Part shown: piece after piece, positions 6,251 to 13,338 of the stretch
How positions within the stretch are numbered: the first letter of the stretch is position 1
How the letters are laid out: every line of letters begins with the position of its first letter
Position numbers and translations under genes: made by a program
From: Alphaproteobacteria bacterium UBA6411
GTDB taxonomy: Bacteria; Pseudomonadota; Alphaproteobacteria; CAAGCB01; CAG-977
Assembly (NCBI GenBank): GCA_002438565.1
Contig: DJPN01000015.1
Coordinates: 686-14,023 of the forward strand
Length of the DNA stretch: 13,338 bases
Direction: 5' to 3'
Notes under the pieces: generated by a model
What the model was told of the DNA's origin: nothing
Seen by the model: the letters and a program-made list of their open reading frames with translations, nothing else
Databases searched by the model: none

Positions 6251-7899
6251 AACAGCGCCAAAGCAATCGCCTGCACGGTCAAAATACGCAGCGTCAGCGT
6301 CAAGGGATAAACACTGCTGTATCCCAGCGGCGCGGCGTCCGTTCCCGCCATGTTCAAAATGAAAGTCATGGACGGCAGGTTTGTCGTCGATCCCGACAAT
6401 GTGCCGCACAGCGTCAGATAGTTCATCTTTTTATAGCCGCGCATAAAGATTCCGACCGTCAGCAGCGGAACAACCGTTATCAGAATACCCAATCCGATAA
6501 GCTTGACGCCCTCCATGCTGGACACCAGCGGAAAGAATCCCGCCCCCGAAGACAAGCCGACCATGCCCAAAAACAGAATGATTCCGAATTCCTTGAACGC
6601 GTTCAGAACAATCGTCGGCGTGTAAAAAATGATACGCCCCAAAGAACCGCGGTAAGACAGCATCAGCGCCGTCAGCAGCGGTCCGCCCGACGTTCCCAAA
6701 CGGATGGGCGTGGACAGCCCCGGAATGTGGAACGGAATCAGCCCGAACAAAATCCCCAGCATCATGCCGATAAAGAACGGAATGAAACGCGTGGAATTCA
6801 GCGCTTCGCGGCTGTTGCCCAAATAACGCACCAGCGGCAGAACATCAACCGCTTTACCCACCACAACAACGCAATCGCCGTACGCCAGCTTCAAATCGGG
6901 GGTCGGGGAATGGGATATGCCGTTGCGAATGACGCGGGAAATCACCCAGTGGTGGCGCGCGTCGCCCATGATTTTCTTCAGCGGTTTGCCGACGCGCTTC
7001 GGTTTCGTTACATAGATGTTCGACGATTGAATTTGTTCCGCACTTTCCTTCATCAAATCGCGGCTGGGGTCGACTTGGAACAGAATCGACACGGTGGGGA
7101 AAAACGTTTTGGGCCCGAACAGCAGCAAAACGTCGCCGACCTGCAAAGTCGTATGTTCGTGCGGAACAATGTATTCGTCCCCGCGCTTCATGCGCGAAAC
7201 CGCCATGGAATAATGAATCATCTTTAAAAAGTGGCCGACTTCGATACCGTTGAAGTTCGGATTGTTGACAACGACGTTGAATCCCTCCATGTGGGGATTT
7301 TCCTCCGCCTTTTGGTATTCGTAGGCGGCGACTTCGTCCGTGATGTTGACGCGGAAAAGGGATTTCAAAAACGCGAAAACGCAAATCGTGCAGACGATTG
7401 TAATCGGATACGCCATGGCGTACGTCATGCTGCTTTGCGAAATTTTATCGGGCGCTATGCCTAGCTCCGCCAAAATCTGCTGCCCTGCGCCCAAAGCGGG
7501 GGTGCTGGTAACCGCGCCCGAATAAAGCCCGACCAGCTGCGACAAATCCATAAAGTCGAATTTTCCGATGACAAAAGCAACGACGGAACCGATGAACACG
7601 ACCGCCACCGCCATCAAATTCATAATGATGCCGTTGCGCTTCAAACTGGAAAAGATGTTGGGACCGACCGTCAATCCCATGGAATAAATGAATAAAATCA
7701 GTCCGAATTCACGCAAAAAGCCTAACGTCGTCGCATCCAGAACGATATTGTAAGCATTTAGGAAATATCCCAAAATCAGTCCCGCAAACAAAACGCCGCC
7801 CGACCCGATGCTGATTCCCCGCACCTTGATCGAACCCAGAAAAATTCCCGAAAACGCTGTTAAACAAAAGCACAGAATTGTGATAACGGTCGTAGTCAT
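6247..7899 (-). CDS. AAE-family transporter (YidE/YbjL/AspT-like, aspartate:alanine exchanger family) with two central TrkA-C/RCK_C domains.
   Basis: The 550-aa protein has an N-terminal TM bundle starting IKVRGISIGSGGVLFAGLILGY. Two soluble RCK_C-like segments end in LQVGDVLLLFG and LAYGDCVVVVG. A second TM bundle follows. This is the architecture of TC 2.A.81. Confidence 0.85.
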   Translation of the reverse strand: MTTTVITILCFCLTAFSGIFLGSIKVRGISIGSGGVLFAGLILGYFLNAYNIVLDATTLGFLREFGLILFIYSMGLTVGPNIFSSLKRNGIIMNLMAVAVVFIGSVVAFVIGKFDFMDLSQLVGLYSGAVTSTPALGAGQQILAELGIAPDKISQSSMTYAMAYPITIVCTICVFAFLKSLFRVNITDEVAAYEYQKAEENPHMEGFNVVVNNPNFNGIEVGHFLKMIHYSMAVSRMKRGDEYIVPHEHTTLQVGDVLLLFGPKTFFPTVSILFQVDPSRDLMKESAEQIQSSNIYVTKPKRVGKPLKKIMGDARHHWVISRVIRNGISHSPTPDLKLAYGDCVVVVGKAVDVLPLVRYLGNSREALNSTRFIPFFIGMMLGILFGLIPFHIPGLSTPIRLGTSGGPLLTALMLSYRGSLGRIIFYTPTIVLNAFKEFGIILFLGMVGLSSGAGFFPLVSSMEGVKLIGLGILITVVPLLTVGIFMRGYKKMNYLTLCGTLSGSTTNLPSMTFILNMAGTDAAPLGYSSVYPLTLTLRILTVQAIALALF

Positions 7900-7941
7900 A
7901 TCATTATGATTCCAAAAGGTTTAAATTTTAAAAATGATACG

Positions 7942-7970
7942 CTTTCCTTGCGGAAAAGGAAAGATGTTTT
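7942..7970 (+). other. Terminator-like hairpin plus T-run inside a divergent intergenic region.
   Basis: CTTTCCTT (7942-7949), loop GCGGAA, AAGGAAAG (7956-7963), then ATGTTTTTA. No upstream + strand gene exists for it to terminate. Confidence 0.35.
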
Positions 7971-7988
7971 TATCAAGCTTTGTCCTGT

Positions 7989-8004
7989 TTTTCGACGTCG
8001 AAAA
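7989..8004. promoter_or_regulatory. A 16-bp perfect palindrome, candidate operator or activator site.
   Basis: TTTTCGACGTCGAAAA is perfectly self-complementary. It lies 10 bp upstream of the putative -35 of the HExxH gene, in the divergent region shared with the AAE transporter gene. Confidence 0.45.
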
Positions 8005-8014
8005 TGAAAAAATA

Positions 8015-8043
8015 TTGAATTTTGTCCAAAACACGGCTAATCT
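8015..8043 (+). promoter_or_regulatory. Candidate sigma70-type promoter for the HExxH protein gene.
   Basis: TTGAAT (8015-8020), a 17-bp spacer, then TAATCT (8038-8043). The SD GAGGGG (8062-8067) and the ATG at 8076 lie downstream. The track's ATG at 8022 falls inside this promoter. Confidence 0.4.
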
Positions 8044-8075
8044 GGGAAAAGTTTGTTCAAAGAGGGGAAATTTCC

Positions 8076-9254
8076 ATGGGGCTTTTATCGGATCTGTTTT
8101 CGGGAAAACGCAAACGCGAACAGGCTGTCGAACGCATGAAAGCGAACGCCGCCGCCGTTGCTTTTGCGGGAATAAGCATTCTGACGCCCATGAAGGCTTT
8201 TGCTCAAAACGCGCAAAAAGCCCCCGCCGAAAAGGCGAAAACGGAAATGGTCGATTCGGCCGCTTCACAAATCAAATTCAAGGATGCCGCCGTCCAGGCC
8301 GCTGCCGAACGGATGATAAAAACCCCGACGGGGCGCAAAGTGCTGGAAGGTCTGCACGCTTTGAACGTCGATGTTTCCTACGATTCGTCGGTCAGTGAGG
8401 ATTTGGGCGGCTATTATTCTCACCCCGCGCGGAAAATCCTGCTGAACGCGAACTGTTCGGATGATTTGATTGCGTCGATTTTGGTGCACGAGGGCAGTCA
8501 CGCCCTGCAGGCAGCACGTTGCCGTTTGGGTCCCGCATTCGACATGCAGACGTATTTTTCGCTGAACAAAGCGATGGAAGCCGACGCGATGAAAAATCAG
8601 GTTTTTGCCGCTTACGAACTGAAAGAACAGGGCGACAAATCCGTTTTCAACGCTTTCGAGCGCGACCGCCCGTCTTTGGCAAAGGCATATTTGAAACTGC
8701 GGGAAACCTATGCCGATCAGCCCGATTCGCTGGCAAAATACACGATGCTGGCGTACTATAAGGATTACGCTTACGTCAAAACGTACGAAGACCGCTATGT
8801 CAAAGCGATTGGTACGTTCAACGACATGGCCAAACCCGAAGCCATCGGCGGCGCGTTCCAAGTGCATTTGAGCGAAGCCGAAATTATCAAACGCATCTGC
8901 CAGCTGGACGGTAAAAACTACATGCAGCCCGCCGATTCCGTTTATCTGCAAAGCGCGGATTGCAATTATGTGCAGAAAAGCACTTATAAAAGTCTGGTTA
9001 AAATCGCGGATAAATTCGCTAAAAAAGTCGATGGCAGCACGCTTTACAAGGCGGACAAATCCTACACCAACCTGTTTGTCGTCGATTACAAGGGAAAACT
9101 TGTCGAAGGAATGCCCCAGCCGAAACCGGCTTCGATTAACTCAACGCAGAAGCAGCATGCCGGCAGCGCGTCCAAAAGCAAACCGCAGCCCGCGCGCATG
9201 CCTCAACGCCGCCGCACGCCGAATATCCGCCTGCCCCGACGCGATGGACGGTAA
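8076..9254 (+). CDS. Exported HExxH-motif protein, a putative zinc metallopeptidase of an uncharacterised family (possibly DUF6782-like), with a strongly basic C-terminal tail.
   Basis: HEGSH is encoded at 8487-8501, in the context ILVHEGSHALQ. A Glu lies 26 residues after the second His (NKAMEADAM), consistent with gluzincin-type spacing. A signal-peptide-like segment is MKANAAAVAFAGISILTPMKAFA|QNA. The start is uncertain: 8076 has the SD, 8136 gives a canonical signal peptide, and 8022 is the longest ORF. By my count 11 of the last 40 residues are K/R. Confidence 0.7.
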   Translation: MGLLSDLFSGKRKREQAVERMKANAAAVAFAGISILTPMKAFAQNAQKAPAEKAKTEMVDSAASQIKFKDAAVQAAAERMIKTPTGRKVLEGLHALNVDVSYDSSVSEDLGGYYSHPARKILLNANCSDDLIASILVHEGSHALQAARCRLGPAFDMQTYFSLNKAMEADAMKNQVFAAYELKEQGDKSVFNAFERDRPSLAKAYLKLRETYADQPDSLAKYTMLAYYKDYAYVKTYEDRYVKAIGTFNDMAKPEAIGGAFQVHLSEAEIIKRICQLDGKNYMQPADSVYLQSADCNYVQKSTYKSLVKIADKFAKKVDGSTLYKADKSYTNLFVVDYKGKLVEGMPQPKPASINSTQKQHAGSASKSKPQPARMPQRRRTPNIRLPRRDGR

Positions 9255-9320
9255 AATTTCTTTTTAAAACGAAACAAATGCGTTAAACTGCCCGCCTGTC
9301 GATTTTTTAGGAGCGTTTCC

Positions 9321-10928
9321 ATGATCAGAGTGAGCAGTGTCCCTTTGCGCGTCAAACAAGTCCCCGACGATTTTCTGCCGTTGATTGCCGAACTGACGGG
9401 GTGGACGAATATCAAATCCGTGACCGTTGTCAAAAAATCGGTTGATGCGCGAAAAAAAACGAATCTGCATTTGGAATACTCGTTTGATGTGGAAATCGAC
9501 GGCGACGAAAACGAAGCTCTGAAAAATTCGCTGTACCGCAATGTCGCGCCGTTGCAGCCGACCCCCGAATACAAACCGCTGTCCTCCAAACCGTTAAGTC
9601 CGCGTCCGATTGTCGTCGGAACGGGGCCCGCGGGAATTATGGCGGCTTTGGCGCTGGCGGAAGCGGGCGCGAATCCCTTGGTCATCGAACGCGGCAAAAA
9701 CGTTTCCCGCCGCCGCAAGGATGTCGAACGACTGTGGAAAATCGGCGAACTGAACGAAAATTCAAACGTGCAGTTCGGCGAAGGCGGCGCAGGAACCTTT
9801 TCGGACGGCAAACTGAACACGGGCATTAAAAAAGACGCTTTGACCCGCAAGGTTTTGACGGAATTCGTTGCGGCGGGCGCGCCCCCCGAAATCATGTACG
9901 AAGGCAAACCTCACATCGGCACGGACAAACTGGGGCGGGTCGTTTCAAACATCCGGCGCAAAATTTTAAGCTTGGGCGGGGAATACCGCTTTGAAACGCG
10001 GCTGACCGACATTATTGTCAAAGACGGCGCAATCAAAGCCGTTCAAGTCGTCAACGCCGGCGGCGAAATCGAAGAAATCGCCGCAAACAGCGTGATTCTG
10101 GCAATCGGACACAGTGCGCGCGACACATTTGAAATGCTTTACAACCGCGGGGTCAAGATGATTCAGAAACCCTTTGCGGTCGGCGTGCGCATTGAACATT
10201 TGCAGTCTTTCATCAACAAAAGCCAATACGGCATGGTCAAACCCAAAGCTTTGCTGGGCCCCGCGGATTACAAGCTTGCCGTCCACATGGACAACGGACG
10301 CGGCGTGTATTCGTTCTGCATGTGCCCCGGCGGAACGGTCGTTGCGGCGGCCTCCGAAGCGGGACGAGTCGCCACCAACGGAATGAGCTGCTACGCCCGC
10401 GACGGCGTAAATGCGAACAGCGCATTGCTGGTTGACGTCAAACCCGAAGAGGACTTTGAAACCGACCATCCTTTGGCTGGCGTCGAATTTCAGCGCAAAA
10501 TCGAAGAAAACGCTTTCCGCGCGGGCGGCGGATTGTTCAAAGCCCCCGTGCAAAAAGCCATTGACTTCATCGAAGGGCGCGAAACGACGGAATTCGGCGC
10601 GGTTCTGCCGACCTACCGTCCCGGCGTTTCTTTCGCGGACATGCGCGCCGTTCTGCCGCCCGTGATTGCGGAAACCCTGCGCTTGGGATTCCGCAAACTG
10701 AACCGCAAGATTTATGAGTTTTCCAAACACGACGCGCTGATGACAGGGGCGGAAACCCGTTCGTCGTCGCCCGTGCGTATCCTGCGCGATTTGAACACTT
10801 GTGAAAGCGTCAATATCGCGGGGCTTTATCCGTGCGGCGAAGGGGCCGGCTATGCAGGCGGCATTGTATCCGCCGCCGCCGACGGACTGCGCTGCGCCGC
10901 CCGCGCGATTATCAAGGAAAATACATAA
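9321..10928 (+). CDS. FAD-dependent oxidoreductase of the COG2509 type (uncharacterised NAD(FAD)-utilising dehydrogenase).
   Basis: The 535-aa protein has a Rossmann dinucleotide motif VVGTGPAGIMAALALAEAG. The family-typical segments FGEGGAGTFSDGKL, AIGHSARDT and a C-terminal GEGAGYAGGI are present. SD AGGAG (9310-9314) lies upstream. Confidence 0.85.
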   Translation: MIRVSSVPLRVKQVPDDFLPLIAELTGWTNIKSVTVVKKSVDARKKTNLHLEYSFDVEIDGDENEALKNSLYRNVAPLQPTPEYKPLSSKPLSPRPIVVGTGPAGIMAALALAEAGANPLVIERGKNVSRRRKDVERLWKIGELNENSNVQFGEGGAGTFSDGKLNTGIKKDALTRKVLTEFVAAGAPPEIMYEGKPHIGTDKLGRVVSNIRRKILSLGGEYRFETRLTDIIVKDGAIKAVQVVNAGGEIEEIAANSVILAIGHSARDTFEMLYNRGVKMIQKPFAVGVRIEHLQSFINKSQYGMVKPKALLGPADYKLAVHMDNGRGVYSFCMCPGGTVVAAASEAGRVATNGMSCYARDGVNANSALLVDVKPEEDFETDHPLAGVEFQRKIEENAFRAGGGLFKAPVQKAIDFIEGRETTEFGAVLPTYRPGVSFADMRAVLPPVIAETLRLGFRKLNRKIYEFSKHDALMTGAETRSSSPVRILRDLNTCESVNIAGLYPCGEGAGYAGGIVSAAADGLRCAARAIIKENT

Positions 10929-10938
10929 AATAAGCTTT

Positions 10939-10962
10939 CTTTCCCGCGCGGAAAGTTTTATT
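10939..10962 (+). terminator. Weak Rho-independent terminator candidate after the FAD-oxidoreductase gene.
   Basis: In CTTTCCCGCGCGGAAAG, CTTTCC pairs with GGAAAG (6-bp stem) around a 5-nt loop (CGCGC). TTTTATT follows. Confidence 0.45.
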
Positions 10963-10996
10963 CTGCCCTTACCTTTTAATTCCATAGGGGGATAAG

Positions 10997-12217
10997 ATGA
11001 GAACGTTTAACAAATCGTCGCGGCTGGACGGGGTACGCTATGAAATCCGCGGCCCTGTATTGAAAGCGGCTCAGCAGCTGGAGGAAGCGGGCTATAAAAT
11101 CCTCAAGCTCAACATCGGCAATCCCGCCGTGTTCGATTTGAACGCGCCCGAGGAAATCGTCAAAGACGTGATTCTGAACCTGCCCTATTCCGACGGCTAT
11201 TCGGATTCCAAGGGTATTTTTCCCGCGCGCAAGGCCGTGATGCATTATTGCCAGCAAAAGCATATCGACGGCGTTCAAATCAACGACATCTATCTGGGCA
11301 ACGGCGTGTCCGACTTGATTCTGCTCAGCATGGAAGCGTTTTTGGACAACGGCGACGAAGTGCTGGTGCCGATGCCCGACTATCCGCTGTGGACGGCGGC
11401 GATTTGTTTGGCGGGCGGCAAAGCCGTGCACTATGTTTGCGACGAAGAATCCGACTGGTATCCCGACATCGCCGACATCGAAAGCAAAATCACCCCGAAA
11501 ACCAAAGCGATTGTCGTTATCAACCCGAACAATCCGACGGGCGCGGTCTATCCGAAAGAAGTCTTGGAGCAAATCGCGGCTTTGGCGGAAAAGCATCACT
11601 TGGTCGTGTTCTGCGATGAAATTTACGACAAAATTTTGTACGACGGCGTCACTCACACGTCAATTGCATCAATGATTAAAGACACGTTCTGCCTAACCTT
11701 CAACGGCATTTCCAAAAACTACCGCGCATGCGGATTCCGCGCCGCTTGGATGGTGTTGAGCGGCAACAAGAAAATCGCCGAAGATTACATTGACGGATTG
11801 GATTTGCTGGCGAACATGCGGCTGTGTTCCAACGTTCCGGGGCAATACGCGATTCAAACCGCTTTGGGCGGCTATCAAAGCATCAACGACTTGGTCGCCC
11901 CCGGCGGACGATTGTACGAGCAAAGGACGCTGTGCCACAAGCTGTTAAACGACATTCCGGGGATTTCGTGCGTCAAAGCCAAAGGATCGCTGTACATGTT
12001 CCCCAAAATCGACACGCAAAAGTTCAATATCAAGGATGACCAAAAGTTCGTCTTGGATTTATTGATGGAAAAGCGGATTCTGTTAGTCAACGGTCGGGGA
12101 TTCAACTGGGACAAGCCGGATCATTTCCGCGTCGTGTTCCTGCCCAGAACCGATGATTTGACAAAGGCTTTGGGCTTGCTCAAAGATTTCTTGGCAACCT
12201 ATCGACAAGAGGATTGA
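10997..12217 (+). CDS. alaA: Alanine (glutamate-pyruvate) aminotransferase, PLP-dependent class I aminotransferase.
   Basis: The 406-aa protein is collinear with E. coli AlaA/YfbQ as I recall it: KSSRL..V.Y.IRGPVLK.A..LEE.G.K.LKLNIGNPA.F, PDYPLWTAA, INPNNPTGAVY, the PLP-lysine context FNGxSKxYRxxGFR, and GGRLYEQR...DIPG.SCVK..G.LYMFPKID. The SD region GGGGGA (10986-10991) lies upstream. Confidence 0.93.
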   Translation: MRTFNKSSRLDGVRYEIRGPVLKAAQQLEEAGYKILKLNIGNPAVFDLNAPEEIVKDVILNLPYSDGYSDSKGIFPARKAVMHYCQQKHIDGVQINDIYLGNGVSDLILLSMEAFLDNGDEVLVPMPDYPLWTAAICLAGGKAVHYVCDEESDWYPDIADIESKITPKTKAIVVINPNNPTGAVYPKEVLEQIAALAEKHHLVVFCDEIYDKILYDGVTHTSIASMIKDTFCLTFNGISKNYRACGFRAAWMVLSGNKKIAEDYIDGLDLLANMRLCSNVPGQYAIQTALGGYQSINDLVAPGGRLYEQRTLCHKLLNDIPGISCVKAKGSLYMFPKIDTQKFNIKDDQKFVLDLLMEKRILLVNGRGFNWDKPDHFRVVFLPRTDDLTKALGLLKDFLATYRQED

Positions 12218-12228
12218 AAGGATTAACC

Positions 12229-13260
12229 ATGACCAAAATCGTTTACTTTAACGTCTATGACATCACCCGCCGTTATTACGAGGAAAACCCTCTGAACGCC
12301 AAAGACGTCGAAATCATGATGACGGAAAAAAGCCCCGCCGATTTGACCGATGAAGAACTGGCGAAAATGTCGGACGCGGAAATCATTTCCGTTTTCGTCC
12401 ACGCCGTTGACGTCGGCGCGCAGGTGCTGGAAAAATTTCCGAATCTGAAGCTGATTGCTCTGCGTTCGACGGGCTTTAACAACGTCGATTTGGATTACTG
12501 CAAAGAACACGGCATTTACGTTTGCAACGTTCCGGGATACGGCGATTCGACAGTGGCGGAATTCGCTTTCGGTTTGTTGCTGGATGTAACGCGCAAAATC
12601 AGCCGTTCCTACCGCGCGGTGCAGGAAGCGCACGTCGACACCGACCATTATTTGGGCTTTGACCTGCGCGGACGCACCATCGGTATTGTCGGCACGGGGG
12701 CTATCGGTCGTTATGCCGCGCGCATCGCCAAAGGTTTCCAGATGAATGTTCTGGCTTACGACCCGTATCCGAACGAAGCTTTTGCGCGGGAAATCGGGTT
12801 TGAATATGTGACTCTGGACGAAATGTTTGAACGGGCGGACATTTTCTCTTTGCATTGCCCGCTGACCAAAGAAAACTATCACCTGTTCGACGAAGACGCG
12901 TTTGCCAAAATGAAAAAAGGCGTTGTCATCGTCAACACGGCGCGCGGCGAACTGATTGACACCGAAGCGTTGTTCAAAGCGATTTCCGCGGGAAAAGTCT
13001 GGGGCGCCGGACTGGACGTTTTGGAAAACGAAGGCGCGTTGCTGCACGATGACTTGGCGCTTCATTCCATGCGCGAACAGTCGTCCGATTCGCTGTTGCG
13101 TTCGTGGATTAACCTGCGCATGCTGCAGCTGAAAAACGTTGTGATGACGCCTCACGTCGCGTTCAATTCGATTGACGCGGTGCACCGCATCTTGAAAACG
13201 GCGAACGAAAACATCGAAGCGTACTTGCAGGGCAATCCCCGCAATTCCGTAATGAAATAA
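12229..13260 (+). CDS. D-isomer-specific 2-hydroxyacid dehydrogenase (D-lactate dehydrogenase-like), NAD-dependent.
   Basis: The NAD-binding motif is GIVGTGAIGRYAA. The catalytic triad context is NTARG (Arg), LDVLENE (Glu) and MTPHVAF (His). The long insert between the Glu and His is typical of the D-LDH branch. I prefer ATG 12229, with SD AAGGA (12218-12222), over the track's TTG at 12214. Confidence 0.9.
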   Translation: MTKIVYFNVYDITRRYYEENPLNAKDVEIMMTEKSPADLTDEELAKMSDAEIISVFVHAVDVGAQVLEKFPNLKLIALRSTGFNNVDLDYCKEHGIYVCNVPGYGDSTVAEFAFGLLLDVTRKISRSYRAVQEAHVDTDHYLGFDLRGRTIGIVGTGAIGRYAARIAKGFQMNVLAYDPYPNEAFAREIGFEYVTLDEMFERADIFSLHCPLTKENYHLFDEDAFAKMKKGVVIVNTARGELIDTEALFKAISAGKVWGAGLDVLENEGALLHDDLALHSMREQSSDSLLRSWINLRMLQLKNVVMTPHVAFNSIDAVHRILKTANENIEAYLQGNPRNSVMK

Positions 13261-13271
13261 CACCAACAAGC

Positions 13272-13300
13272 AAACGGCGGGATTAATTCCCGCCGTTTTC
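13272..13300 (+). terminator. Rho-independent terminator of the alaA/dehydrogenase transcription unit.
   Basis: The stem is AAACGGCGGGA / TCCCGCCGTTT with loop TTAAT. A T-run follows, 12 nt after the stop codon. Confidence 0.85.
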
Positions 13301-13338
13301 CAAAAACGCCGAAATACCATAAAAAAACTCCCCTTTCG

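Noticed and set aside
8022-8075. The track's start at 8022 for the HExxH protein (MSKTRLIWEKFVQRGEIS...).
   Set aside because: This ATG sits inside the best promoter candidate (TTGAAT-17-TAATCT, 8015-8043) and has no SD. ATG 8076 has GAGGGG 8 nt upstream. I still flag it as uncertain.
9452-9459. An A8 homopolymer inside the FAD-oxidoreductase gene as a possible phase-variation tract.
   Set aside because: It is too short for efficient slippage, it encodes an ordinary Lys-Lys segment (RKKT), and the gene is housekeeping-like.
6247-12217. The AAE (AspT-like) transporter plus alaA as an aspartate:alanine exchange energy cycle.
   Set aside because: The genes are about 3 kb apart on opposite strands, with two unrelated genes between them. 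No aspartate 4-decarboxylase is present. AAE family members have diverse substrates.
12214-12228. The TTG start at 12214 for the dehydrogenase, overlapping the alaA stop.
   Set aside because: ATG 12229 is preceded by AAGGA at ideal spacing. The extra MKGLT residues add nothing conserved.
12223-13320. Very long antisense ORFs opposite nearly every real gene: 12223-13320 (365 aa), 9966-10985 (339 aa), 10976-11656 (226 aa), 8265-8951 (228 aa) and 4598-5302 (234 aa).
   Set aside because: Each is in exact codon phase with the sense gene (same coordinate modulo 3). Its stops would therefore correspond to sense TTA, CTA or TCA codons, which these genes almost never use. The translations are R/V/F/Q-rich with no motifs, signal peptides or SD sequences. 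They are shadow ORFs created by codon bias, not overlapping genes.
1-13338. A mobile element, genomic island, defence system or CRISPR.
   Set aside because: I found no integrase, transposase or recombinase, no tRNA attachment site, no flanking direct or inverted repeats, no spacer-repeat periodicity, and no nuclease, ATPase or methyltransferase-type defence genes. By eye, composition and codon style look uniform across the window.

Overview
This window looks like an ordinary moderate-GC bacterial chromosomal segment. It is probably from a Gram-negative proteobacterium. A DUF2125-like protein, a ~386-aa RNase D and a GluQRS-type gene hint at Alphaproteobacteria, but that is inference only. I support 14 protein-coding genes. 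Eight are housekeeping or metabolic: partial gluQ-like, a YqaA/DedA-type membrane protein, a HAD phosphatase, RNase D, an AAE-family (YidE/YbjL/AspT-like) transporter, a COG2509 FAD-dependent oxidoreductase, alanine aminotransferase AlaA and a D-2-hydroxyacid dehydrogenase. Six are poorly characterised: a secreted proline-rich acidic repeat protein, an 80-aa stand-alone LuxR/GerE HTH, a DUF2125-like anchored protein, a two-TM protein with a PH-like tail, a secreted 20-cysteine protein, and a signal-peptide HExxH protein. I found no tRNA or rRNA, CRISPR array, transposase or integrase, flanking inverted repeats or recognisable defence genes. I do not see a convincing multi-gene novel system. 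The best leads are the three orphan secreted proteins and the small regulatory structures around them: a 16-bp perfect palindrome, an SD-occluding hairpin and TTAA stop/stop overlaps. The many long antisense ORFs in the track are codon-phase shadow ORFs, not genes. All family calls come from motif recognition by eye, with no database search.
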